Below are positions 1-11,296 of a stretch of DNA of 64,000 nucleotides, in pieces. Numbering within the stretch: the first letter of the stretch is position 1; each line of letters opens with the position of its first letter. The notes under the pieces were generated by a model, which had not been told where the DNA came from, ran no database searches, and worked only from the letters and a program-made list of their open reading frames with translations. Origin of the DNA: Hyaloraphidium curvatum SAG 235-1 (Eukaryota; Fungi; Monoblepharomycota); assembly GCA_025558095.1 (NCBI GenBank), contig JAIVFI010000038.1, positions 1-64,000 on the forward strand, in the 5' to 3' direction. The position numbers and the translations under genes are program-made.

Positions 1-370
1 TGCGCGTACGGGTCGCGGGTCGCGTTGTGTCGCCGCACCACGCGCGCGCGCCACACGCGCTCCCGGGAAACGAGGAGGTGCGCGCACGCGGTCGCCTGCG
101 GGTCCGCGTCGGGGCCCGGCGGGGAAGGAGGCGTCCGGTCGGCGCGTCTCGCGTCCGCGTCTGCCCGCGGCCGCGAACCACGCGTTTGGCGGCCGTGCAG
201 CGCGAGCCCGGCGACCAGCACGGCAGCCAGCGCCAGCAGCACCGGAATGAGGACCTGCGGGCGGCCCAGGTCGCGTAATGCCGGCCTCATTTTCCCTATT
301 CGAGCGATCGGTTAGCGCGTGGCCACAACAAACATTAGGCGCGCCTCGCTCCACCGGGACGGCGGCCCCG

Positions 371-2791
371 ATGACCTCGGCCCTCGAGCGGCTGTCGGGC
401 CTCCTCGAGCTGATCCCGGGTCCGCGTGCCCCGCGTCCGCCGCGCAGCCCGTCGCCCGACGACTCGGAGGACGGCGGGGAGGAAGAACTGCCGGCGCCCG
501 CACCGATGGCCGACCCATCGCGCCCATCGCCCCGCTCGCGGCCGCCGCCGGGCATCGTGCTCGTGCTGCCGCCGACCGGCCAATCCCCCTATTTCGCCAA
601 GGTGGCGCAGGACCCGGACGGGCTGTGGGTGCAGTGCCTGGCGGAGGGCGCCGGGCCGGGGCGGACCGTGCGGGACTGGGGAGAGCTCGGCACCGTGGTC
701 GCCGACGTGTCCGCCCTGGTGCGGCTGCAGCCGGCGGGGCACCCCTACCCGCCGGAGGACCTCAGGTTGCCAGTCCTGGACGCGCTGCACGGGGCCGTTC
801 TGGCACACCGCGACGGAACGCCCGCCACCGACCTGGTCTATGTGCCCCTCACAGCGCCGGCCGGCGAGACCGTGTGGTGGCCCTCCACAATGGTCGGGTC
901 GGAGGTCGTTCACTTCTGGCACGAAGGCATGGGAACGTGAGTTGTCTGTCCCTCACGTCTGCCGCGCTTGACTCCTCCCACCCACAGAGCCGCTCTCGCA
1001 CCCAACGCCTCGCCCCTCCCCATTCCCGAGAATCTGCTTCGCCTGGGCTACCCCGCCGACTTCCCTGCCCTGGACGCCGCGCAGTTCGACTCCCTCCTCG
1101 GCTCGTGGTACCGCGCCGTGCTCTACTGCCACGACCTGCACACCGGCGCCACCCCTCCCGAGTCCCAGGCCGGCGACCCCGACCAGCCCATGGAGGAACC
1201 CCCCGAAATGACCGGCAGCCAGCCGCTCTACGCCCAGGCGGAGGCCGAGCACCAGCGCCAGGTCGAGGCGCAGACCCTCGTGCACGACTCGCAGGGCTCC
1301 CTCGGCCCCTCCACCCCTCCCGCTCCCCGCGTGGAACCACCCTTCTCCCCCTCCGCCTCCGTCCCCTCCACCCCTCCCCGCCCCCCGCCCGACCCCGCCC
1401 TCCTCGCGCCCCCGCCGGACGACGGTCCCCCGCCGCACTCGCAGCCCTCGGACCGGAGCGACCGGAGCGACCGCACCAACCCCGTCGACGAGGACGACGC
1501 GCCGCAGCGGGTATCGCAGGAGCGGGACTACCGGGACCTGCTGACCGCTCGCGACGGACAGGCGGCGGAGCTGCCCGTGGAGGGCGGCGAGTCGGCCGAA
1601 AGCGCGACGCAGGAGCTGAGGAACCGCCGCCGAAGGACCGACGCGGAGGACGAAGAGAGGAGGGCCAAGAGGGCCAGGAGCGCCGAGGTCGGCGAGCAGG
1701 AGCAGGAGAGCCCGCCTGACGGACACCCGCCGGGAGACGCCGCAGGCCTGCTGGCCGTGGACTCCGGCGAGCATGGAGCGGGCAACTCGCAGGAACTCGG
1801 TGACTTGCAGCATTCCATCGCACTCGAGATGCCGATCCCCCACCCCCCGACCTCCACCCTCCCCGCCTCCCTCCCCGTCATCCGCCCCTCGGGCGACGCT
1901 GACTTCGTCGCCGACTCGCAGGACGCCGCGGACGGCACCGTTCACCCCGCCGCGGCACCCGACGGATCGCAGCCGCTCCCCGGACCGGACGACCTGCCCC
2001 TGCCGGAGGAGCGCGGGGAGGTTGCCCTCGGGGACCGGCGCTCGCCCAGCAATTCGGGATCGCCGGAGCTGCGGCCGTCCTCGGCCGATCCGTACCGCGC
2101 GCTCGCGGGCGCCGGGGTGCTGCCGCCCGCTGCCCGCCGCGAGACGGGGGATCGCGAGGTTATCGACGGTGCGGAGCTGCGGCGCGAGTGGCGCGACATG
2201 GAGGCCGAGATCGGGAGGTTGGATGGGGAGGCTGCCCAGGTGGACGAGGAGGCGGCGAGGGTCGAGCAGGTGAGCCGACCTGCATCGTGCCGCGCTTAGA
2301 AGCTGTTGACGATCCCCTTGCAGGACGCCGCGCGGATCCGGGACGAAAGGGACAACCGCATCCGCGACGACGTCAACCTCGCCATGGCTCAGGTCGATTC
2401 GGCGCAGGACCACCTCCGCAGGCTGGAGGAGCAGCTCCTTGCCGCTGCCTCCGCCCGGCAGGCCGCCGAGCGCGCGCTGCGGGCGTCCGCGGACGCGCTG
2501 GCGGCCCTCGACTCCCCTATCGAGGCGGCGAAGGAGGCGGTGGCGGCAGCCAACCGCGCCGCGCGCAAGGCCGCGCTTCAGCTCCGCCTGGCCGGGATCG
2601 GCGCGCGCCGGGCGGAGCTGGCGGCGGACGAGGCGCGGTACGGGCACCTCAGGCGGGTCTGGAGGAAGGACAAGGGGGTCAGGGACACCAGGGAGGGGAT
2701 CGCGGAGCTCGACGCGAGGCTGGCGGCGGATTCGCAGTCGACCGATGAGGCGTCCGGCGCCGGGGCGGCCGGGGACGCCGAGGCGGCGTAA
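371..2791 (+). CDS. Hypothetical protein (3 exons), Pro/acidic disordered middle, C-terminal coiled coil
   Basis: ORFs 278-940, 968-2299 and 2306-2791 are in one frame and joined by in-frame GT-AG introns 937-987 (GTGAGT..CAG) and 2270-2323 (GTGAGC..CAG). Start taken at ATG 371 (278 possible). Confidence 0.65.
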
Positions 2792-2860
2792 AGGATGAAG
2801 ATCGGGGACAAGCGCTCTGTAGACATCGCAATCTATCCATAGCTGGGTCATATATACAAA

Positions 2861-4763
2861 TCACAGGGCCTCGAGCCGCACCATGACCTTGTTGGGCCGG
2901 ATCGTTGCCTGGTAAATGTCCTGGAACTTCCAGTTCTTCTCCTCGACGTGCGCGATCCGCCATTTCCGGAGGATCGACGAGACAGCGAGGCGCGCCTCGC
3001 CGAGGCCGAGCCGCTCGCCGACGCACCTCCGCGCTCCGTTCCCGAACGGCGCTGTCCCGACGGTACCCCATCAGCTTCACGTCCAGAGCAGCGCCGCGCG
3101 CAACCCACAGTAAGCAAACAGACCGGCCTTGGTGTCCCCGCTCGGCGCGTCGTAGAACCGCTCGGGCGCCCACTGCGCCGGATCGCGCTCCCAGTATCCG
3201 GGGAAGTTTTGGATGCCCCAGATGTAGGTGAGCAGGCGGTCGCCCGGTAGGAATTTGACGCGGCGGGTTTTGCCCGCGACGTCGGTGAAGGTGTGCTCGA
3301 CGGCCTGGAACATGTTCCGCGTCGCGCCGAACGGCGCAGAGGGGTACTTCCTCAACGTCTCCTTGATCGCCGCGTTGAGCACCTTGAGCTTCTCGAGGGT
3401 CTCCATGCTGTCGATCGGTCCGTCGCCGAACGCCTCGGCGACCTCGGCGCGGATCTGGTCCTGCACGTCGGGGCGCTTGGACAGCTCGTAGGCGAGGAAG
3501 CCGAGGAGGGCGGCGGTGGTGTCGTGTCTGGTCGTCCGGAGCGTGGGGAGCGTCAGATGGTGGGAGCAAAGAGCCTGACTCGGAGCAACCCACCCTCCGA
3601 AGAGCATGGACATGAACACCATCTCCAGGTGCCCCCTGTCCGCCATCTGCGGCGACGCCTTCTCCCCGCTGACCAGAGCCAGCGCGTCGTCGAGGATGCT
3701 GTTGCGCGGCTCGGTCCCCCGGTCCACCCTGTCCATCTCGTCCCGCACGAGCCGGAACATCACCTCCCCGTCCTCCCTCCACTGCCTCACCACGTCCGGA
3801 ATCAGCACGTAGCTCCACTTGCCCAGCAGCTGCAGCATCCCGTTCATCCGCGTCGCGTTGGTCATCCACCGCTCGAAGCGGCGCGGGTACTCGGCGCCGG
3901 CCTCGGTGGTCTGCGCCGAGACCGCGGAGCCGAAGACGAGCTTGGTGATCATGTCGAACGTGTAGTAGTGGAAGAGGGGGTAGATGTCGAAGCCCGCCGG
4001 GTTCTCGGCGTTGGCCTTCTCGAGGGCGGAGAGGAGGATGTCGCGCTGTTCGAGGAGGATGGGGGTGTACTTGCGCACCGAGACGGTGTGGAAGGTGCGG
4101 TCGAAGGCTGCGCGGGTTTCACGCCAGAGGGGGCCGTTTTTGAGGTGAATGAAGCCGGCGGTGTAGGGGAAGTGCGGCTCGCTCATGGGGTGCTGGCGGT
4201 CGAACAGCTCCCAATCTTTGGAGACAAAGATGTCCTTGAGCAGGTTCTGCGAGCAACGAAGGCATCAGGCGACCGATCGTCCAGTCCCCCCGCCCGCTGC
4301 GAACGCTCATCATCCAGTATCCCAGCCCGCCGGCTTAACGGCTGTCACATGCCGCGACGTCTCCGGGACCTGGCCAGGAAAATCCCCCGACCCGATCGGA
4401 AACCCACGGGATCGCCGATGACAACCGTCCTCATCCAGGGCTTGTACTGGTTGACGGTCCGGTAGACGGACCCGAGGCCTTTCATTCCCCCCAGCGGCCC
4501 CTTGTGGAAGGCCAGGAGCTGCTCCTTGGTGAGCTTGAGCGGGTTCGTGACGATGGTCGGGATGTCGTCGGCGAACTCGAGGAACAGTTTCCTGAAAGCG
4601 GAGAGGGGAGACAAGCCGGGGAGGCGGGGCCGGTGGCGAGGTGGAGGTTCGGATTCGGAGCGGCCTGGGCGACGCGGCTCTCCCACCGGTAGAGCACGGG
4701 CCCGCCGAAGTAGACCGCGGCGGCGATGACCGCCGCGTAGAGGAGGAGTGCCAGCCACGACAT
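2861..4763 (-). CDS. Cytochrome P450 (multi-exon)
   Basis: N-terminal membrane anchor MSWLALLLYAAVIAAAVYFGG; I-helix MLFGG/HDTT; KETLR; PERF; heme loop FGNGARRCVGE. First intron 4592-4686 (GTGGGA..TTTCAG) restores the frame. Confidence 0.93.
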
Positions 4764-5257
4764 CGCGCAGGAGCGGGGGCGAAGAGTCAACGGGCAACGG
4801 TCGGTGGCCAAGTCGGAATTGCCCTACCGCCCGCAACCGCCGCTTTGGCCGCCCCGAACCGCACGCAACGACACCCGCTCGCAACACCAGGGCCCGAGGA
4901 TTATCCGGCGGCCGCGTTCGGAAATCATTTTCTGTTCCCGGCAGGACTTTGATCCTACGTCGCGATTCCTGCGACGTCCCAGGGGCGATACCGCGCCGTC
5001 GTCTCCAGACTGGACCGGCCGGTGAGGCCAGTCAACTCACGTGTGTGCAAGTGAAACGATCCTGAAAGGCTTCTCCTCATGCGATTCGGATAGACCATCC
5101 TCTTCGGGAAGGACGGACCGTGCCCCCGCCGCGCAGCTAGGCAGCGGAACCCATGGACGGGACTGACTCGGCGGACAATAGGGAGACCAATGCCAAGCGG
5201 AGGGGTAGTTCGGAACTCTATCAGAGCGCTAGCGGGCGCCGTGCCCGTGTTTGGCAG

Positions 5258-5963
5258 TCAGAAGCCGCGGTTGTACGAGCCCGTTCCGGCCCCCCTCTTG
5301 GCCGCCTCCGCCTTCCTCCTCGCCCTCTCGAGCCTGAACGCCACCGACGCGTCCAGCTTCGCCACCTGATCCACCAGCGGCTCGAACTGTGCCTCGGGCA
5401 GCTCCACCACCGTCGCGTCCATCTTTCCCACCGCCTTGGCGACGCGGTGCCGCACCGCGACGAGGTAGCGCTCCCAGTCCAGCTTGGCCGTGCCGGGCGG
5501 CAGCACGGTGAGGTCGATCTGGTTGGCGAGCTCGGCGAGGAGCGACTGCACGCCGTACTTGTCGGCCAGGGAGTACAGGGCGTCCAGGTCCGCGGTGGCC
5601 ATGTGGGCGACGCCGGACGCGGGGAGGCGGTACGCCCATTGCAGGAGCTTCCTGACGCGGGCGGGATCGTCCTGCTTGAGGTCGCACTGTATATGGGGAG
5701 GGGAGCCACGCGTCGTCACGGTGCTCCGTGCCGCGGCCAGGCGAACCCACGCTGCCGTGCGTTCCCTCCTGCCAGTTCTCCGACACCATCGCGGCGAACA
5801 CCGGCGACAGCGTGGCGAGCACCACGCGGTGCACGCGGAACTGCGCGCCCGCGACGTTCAGAGTGAAGTCCGCCTCGGCGCAGTCGAGCGAGAAGTCGTC
5901 GGGCTTGGACTTGGCCGGCGGCGGCGCCGTTGCCGTGACCGCGACGGCGCTCTGCGCGCTCAT
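5258..5963 (-). CDS. BTB/POZ domain protein (1 intron)
   Basis: ADFTLNVAGAQFRVHRVVLATLSPVFAAMVSENWQE ... DDPARVRKLLQWAY ... LYSLADKYGVQSL is the BTB consensus. Intron ~5688-5749 (GTGGGT..ATACAG). Confidence 0.88.
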
Positions 5964-6080
5964 CGGTCAATGGCGGCGCCGCACGCGCTCGGAGGCCCGG
6001 GACCGGGACCGGCGCGGCGGAGTTGCTCGACGCGTCGCACAACAATGCTCCATGCCGACGGCCGGCATCCATCACATCCA

Positions 6081-8368
6081 TCACTTGCCCTCCAACCCCC
6101 CGAACCGCCTCACCACGTTCTCCAGCATCCTCGACACCCCGCCCCCGAACCCCTTCCCGTCCCACAGGCTGCCGCAGAAGGTGATGCTCCCCACAGAAAA
6201 CACCTCCCCGCCGCCCGCCGTCGCAAAGTGCACGATCTCGCCCCTCTTGAGCGCCTCGTGCGGCTCGCCGGAGATGGTCATCATGTGCGTCAGCCACTCC
6301 TCCGGCACCGTGACGAAGCTCCGCGGGGGGTCTTCGGAGGCGGCTAGGATGGTCGTGCCGGCGGGGGTGCCGAGGGCGGGGTCGGCGCGGTCCAGCTCGA
6401 AGCCGGCGGCGCCGCCGCCCGAGAGGCCGTAGTCGCCGATGGTGTCGCCGTCGACCCCGTCGAAGATCCAAGAGTGCTCGGGGGCGCGGGCGGCGGGTGT
6501 CAGGCGGTAGTAGGTGCCCTCGAACATGCCCTGGCCCGAGAACCCGACGCCGACGAGGAGCTGCGGGGGCCGGCGTTGGCGCCGCCAGAGACCACCCAGG
6601 GCGCCGTCGGACTGGTGGAAGTACTGCATCGCGGGCGGTTGACTGAGATTCGGAAACGCCGCGCTGCCGGATGGACCCACCTCGCCCGGCTCGGCCGCCC
6701 ACGCCCTTATGCCACCCTCGGCCCTCCTCAGCTCGATCAGGTGCGGCATCGGCCTCGCGATGCGCCAGTAGAACCCGTTCCCGCCCAGGTAGCACAACTT
6801 CCCCGGCCCGCCCCGCGTGTACTCGTACAGCGCGTCGAGGGTGCCCTGGGTGTGGTACTCGGGGTGCGAGCCCGTGAGCACGCAGGCGTAGGGGCGGAGG
6901 AGCGCGGCACCCTCGGCATCGAGGTCTTCGTCGGTGGCCACGTCGAACGGGATGCCGCGGGCTTCGAGCCACGAGAGGAGGTGCGTGTCGGCGGGGTAGT
7001 GCCGCAGCCCCGAACCCCTGGCGTCATCGAAGGTGAGGAACCCGGGGCGCATGGTCAGTGTGGGGCGGAGCCGCGACGAGTGCGAGATGCCGGAGCCGTC
7101 GGGGTGCTTGTTGTAGGTGGAGCGGCCGTAGATGGGGAAGAAGTCCGGGTTGTGCGGGTAGGCGCCCCAGGACTGCATGCGCGCGAGGAGGGAGGCGTCG
7201 GCGTTGCCGCGGGCGTGGTTGAAATAAGCCTGGGAGGCGCGGGGTCAGCCGCGAGCGCTCGAGGAAGTGCGCGCCGAGGTACCTGATAGGTGAATGTCGA
7301 GGCCAGGAACAGCACAGGACTGCGAGGCCCCTCGCGCTTGGGCAGCACGTAGAACGGCAGGTAGTCCCTGCCCTCGCCACAAGAAACCTCGAACGCGTAG
7401 GCCGCGCTGGGCAGGTCCTCCGGCACCGTGAAGACGAACGAATCCTTCCACCCGCAGTCCTCCAGGTCGTCCTCGTGGAAGTGGATCGCGGCGTACTCGG
7501 CCGGCGCGTGGCGCCAGCAGTGCTCCGAGCCCGACCACAGGCTGCCGACCATGCCGCGGGCGGGCACGCCGTGCAGCTTGGCGTGCAGCGCCTGCGGGCC
7601 GGTGTCGACGACGTCCTGGGTCGAGATGTCGCGGGAAAAGTCCCACGCCGCGAGCTGCTTCAGCTGGGCCGCCTCGGACCACTTGGAGACGGCGCCGGCA
7701 TAGATGGCCGGGTCCTCGAGCTTGCCGGTAGAGTGCCTCTCGAGAGCGGCATCGGCGGCAAAGACGACGGTGCCGCCGCTGGGCAGGACCGCGCCGGGGC
7801 AGTCCGCGGCGTCGACGGTCTCGGTGCCGGTCTCGAGATCGACGACGCCGAGCTTGGCCATGCCCTTGGCGGGGTCGACGGACAGCCAGATGCGGTGCCA
7901 CTTCCATGGCGCCAGCTGGCGGGCGCTCTTGATGGTGACGGTGCCCTTGGACGTGCCGATCTCTGCCGACGCGCCCGAGGTGGCGGCCAGCAGCGTCATC
8001 GATCCCGTCCCCTCCGCCCCGGATTCCGTCAAGATGGCCCTCTCCTCCTTCCTCTCCCCGTTCGTCCACACCAACACGCTCCACGTCGACCCCGGCCCGT
8101 CCTCCCTTTTCGGCCCCGGAGCGGTGCCGTGCGAGCCGAGCCGGATGGGCTGGTGCTCCGCCGGGAACTCGCCGGAAAACACGGCGGAGAGGTCGCGCAG
8201 GTCCATTCCCGGGCCGGCGGGGTTGGGGTCGCCGCTGACCACGCGCACGAGGCGGGCCTTGAAGGGCGCGGAGGGGTCGCGGACCGAGACGCGCGCGGCG
8301 ATGCGCTCGCCGGGGCGTGCCGACAGGCGGTCCAAATAGCCCGCTATGGGGAGCTCGGCCGCGGCCAT
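6081..8368 (-). CDS. N,N-dimethylformamidase large (beta) subunit-like protein
   Basis: Family motifs GYLDRLSARPGERI, AIHFHEDDLEDCGW, TFTYQ/AYFNH, GRSTYNKHPDGSG, ADTHLLSWLE, TGSHPEYHT, YLGGNGFYW, GGGAAGFELD, GGEVFSVGSI. Introns 7230-7282 and 6624-6680. Confidence 0.88.
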
Positions 8369-8545
8369 CGCGGATGGCGTCCAATTGAAGAGCGCGTTGA
8401 ACGCCTTGAGCGCTCAGAACTGTGCCTGGAACACCGCGAACCGCGGAGCGGAGACAATGAGTGGCGGTCTAGCAATCCCTTTTCGGGCCGGGCTGTCTCC
8501 CCATCGCGGTCTTTGTCTCCTCTCTTTGGATTTCGACGTTTCGAA

Positions 8546-9838
8546 ATGGATCTCGCCGGCAAAGTCTGCATTGTCACGGGCGGCTCCGAAGGCGCGTTGC
8601 TCCTCCCTCTTCCGGCTGCCGACCGCCGCCCTGACGTCGCCAACGCGCTCTGGTGACAGGCATCGGCCGCGCCATCGTCGAGCGGCTCCTCGAGAAAAAG
8701 GCAAAGGTCCTGATTGGAAGCCGTGGCGTGGAAAAGGCCGAGAAGGGTGGGTGCCCCTCGTTCGGAGGAGCCGCCGTCGGTTGAACCGCTGGCCCGGACA
8801 TGGCAGCCATCGCCGAGATCAAAAAGTCCCACGGCGCGACCGACGCCGACCTCGCGTTCCACCGAACCGACGTGACGAAGCCGGAGGACAATGAGGCGCT
8901 GGTGCAGGCGGCTGTGGACAAGTTCGGCGGGTGCGACGTCGTGTTTGCCAACGCGGGGATCGTCGTCCACAAGAGCTTCCTCGGGGACGCCGCGGACGGG
9001 ACGTGGGTCGAGTTTTGGGGTCGATGGGAGATCGCAGAGGGCTGAAGCGCTGTGCAGGGACGTCTGGTTTGACGGGATCACCAGCAACCTCGTGGGGAGC
9101 ATGTACCTTGCGAGGATCGCGGTCGGACACTGGCTGAAGACCGGCAAGCCCGGGTGCCTCGTCGTGTCGAGCTCGGGGGCGGGGTACTTCCCCGGCGCGG
9201 GGCACCCGGATCTGAGCTACGCCGTTTCCAAGGCAGGGCAGAGTGGGACCCCCGCCGCTTTGCTGCCCCGCGCCTTGCTGACCGTGCTCTCCCCTCGACA
9301 GGCCAGCTCAGTAGGTTGCTTCCGTTCCGCAGCTTTGGAAGGGTCGCCGACGTCGGACCCCGCAGCCGTCGCCCTGCAGGGCGAACTCGACAGGAAGGGC
9401 AAGACCAACGTCCGGTGCAATTGCATCATGCCCGGCTTCGTCAAGACAGACATCTTCGTGAAAGGAGGGGCGGGTAGCCTCCTCTGTTCTCACGATAGTC
9501 CGGGTTGCTGATCGGGGACCGACAGGTGGACCACACTCTGGCGTCGCTCGAGGACGTCCCCAACGACCCGAACTGGTCCGGCGCCGCCTTTGCCGGCGCA
9601 GGCGGATGGTCTGCCTTTCCCCTCTTCTCTTCCGCACCCGCTGACCCCACCCGCCATCCGCAGGACCCCGATGGACAAGCTCATCGACGCCTACATGACC
9701 TGCGTCGAGACGGACATTCGGGGGCAATGCTTCATCGTGTGCGGCGCCGGGGGCGAGGCGAAGCCGTACCCGGGGGCCAAGGCGATCTCCCCCGGGGGCG
9801 ACATCTTCTTCGGCAACTACATCAGCAAGGCGTCGTAG
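8546..9838 (+). CDS. Short-chain dehydrogenase/reductase (15-hydroxyprostaglandin dehydrogenase-like, classical SDR)
   Basis: TGGSEGIG Rossmann motif (after removing GC-AG intron 8592-8659), DVT, FANAG, SS, YAVSK catalytic motif, NCIMPGFVKT; several short introns. Confidence 0.88.
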
Positions 9839-11296
9839 GGCGTGTTCTGGATTGGAATCTATCTCTTGAAACTCGAACATCAGCCCTCAAGGGCCAACCA
9901 CCGGAAAGCAGTGCGCCTACTCGTCCAAATTATCAATGCACTCTGATTCCGGTCGATGATCTCCTTCAGTTCGTCCGCGATCCGGCCGAAGTTTGGCCGC
10001 CTCGTCGCGTCGCTCCCAGCACCGGCACCTCAGTTTCCAGATCGCCTCGGGGCACCGGTCCGGTCGCTGCGGCCGCAGGTTCGGATCCGTCTGGACCCGA
10101 TCCCCGAGCCTCTGCGGCCACGTGACGACGGAGGAGGCTGAAGTTTCATTTGGGAGCGACTTGCTCGCGCTGAGACGTAGACCTGGCCGCCGCCGCCTGT
10201 GCCCTGAGTAACTATATCACGGCCGGCGTCGCGGGCCCGATCGTTTCCCATAGCCTCTCTAGATCGGATCACATGGACCGCTCCGATCACCACCTTGGGA
10301 CAAAGCCCACTCCCAGGGCACAACCCGAATACAGACCCTGGCCGTCGGGCCCCGCGTACGGAGGCACAGCAGTCGGCGATGCGCGCCCCTCCGATCCCCG
10401 CCCGGGCAGCCCCCCGCGATCCCCATCCCATCCATCCGCACCGCGCCAACGCTCCCGTACGCGGCCCTGGTCCCTACGCTCCCTACAGGCGGGCGGCCCG
10501 GGTCGGGCGGAGGTGTGGCAACCTACCCGCCCGCTCCGAGATCCTCCGCCCGCCGGCCACCGCCGGCCAGGCACCCGATCTGCCCCCACAACTCCCTCGC
10601 CCGCGCCCCCTCCGCCGGCGGATCGCCTCCGATCCGCAGGCGGACGCCATCCGAGCGATATCCCACCCCCGGCCGCCCGTCCAGGGTCTTTCGGACCCCG
10701 GCGGCACAGGGCACACCAGCCCGTGTCCTGTCGGGGGGATTATTCGACCCGCGAGACCGGCCAGGGGGGGAGGGCGCCGGGGGATCTGGGGCGGAGGCGT
10801 TGGTGTGATCGGTCCGAGGTAGTTGCGGGGGATGGGAGGGGCGCGGAAGGCAGGGGGATGGACGGATCCGGAGGGGAAAAAGGGTCTGCCGATGGAGGGT
10901 TCGTAGACCCTGGAGGAGCCTTGTTCGATGGTCGGATGTTGCATGGATCGGAAGTTACTGAAGTTGGAGAGGGATCTAAACGCCCGCCGAACCCAGGTTG
11001 TCACACGGAGCAACGACCCCGTGCGCGCTTGATGCGGATCGGCCGCCTTCCGTTTGCGGAAGGGGATAACCGTCGGAGGCTTCGAGGCCTGAAAATCCCA
11101 CCATCCGGCGCCCAAACTCGCAGAGGTTGTTCATGGTCAATGTCCGACACCAACTGCACGAGATCGTGGCCCCTGCATGCCGGATCGTGGAGGAAATCAG
11201 GTGTTGGTTCTGTGTGCCTAGGGACCGCACCCATCAACCCAAGGCCTGGCCCACTCGTCAGCCTCGCTCCAACCTCACACTCCAAACCCCCCAGCG

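Noticed and set aside
953-2851. Long antisense ORFs (also 30923-32557, 41313-43034, 45393-47123, 60034-61332)
   Set aside because: Mirror frames of real genes caused by GC3-biased codon usage.
4592-4686. Apparent frameshift at the P450 N-terminus
   Set aside because: Resolved by a canonical intron (CG|GTGGGA...TTTCAG|G).
9880-11290. Long ORFs (e.g. 10273-11928) and weak inverted similarity in this intergenic region
   Set aside because: Arg/Pro-rich shadow ORFs expected at this GC content; no convincing terminal repeats or transposase motifs.
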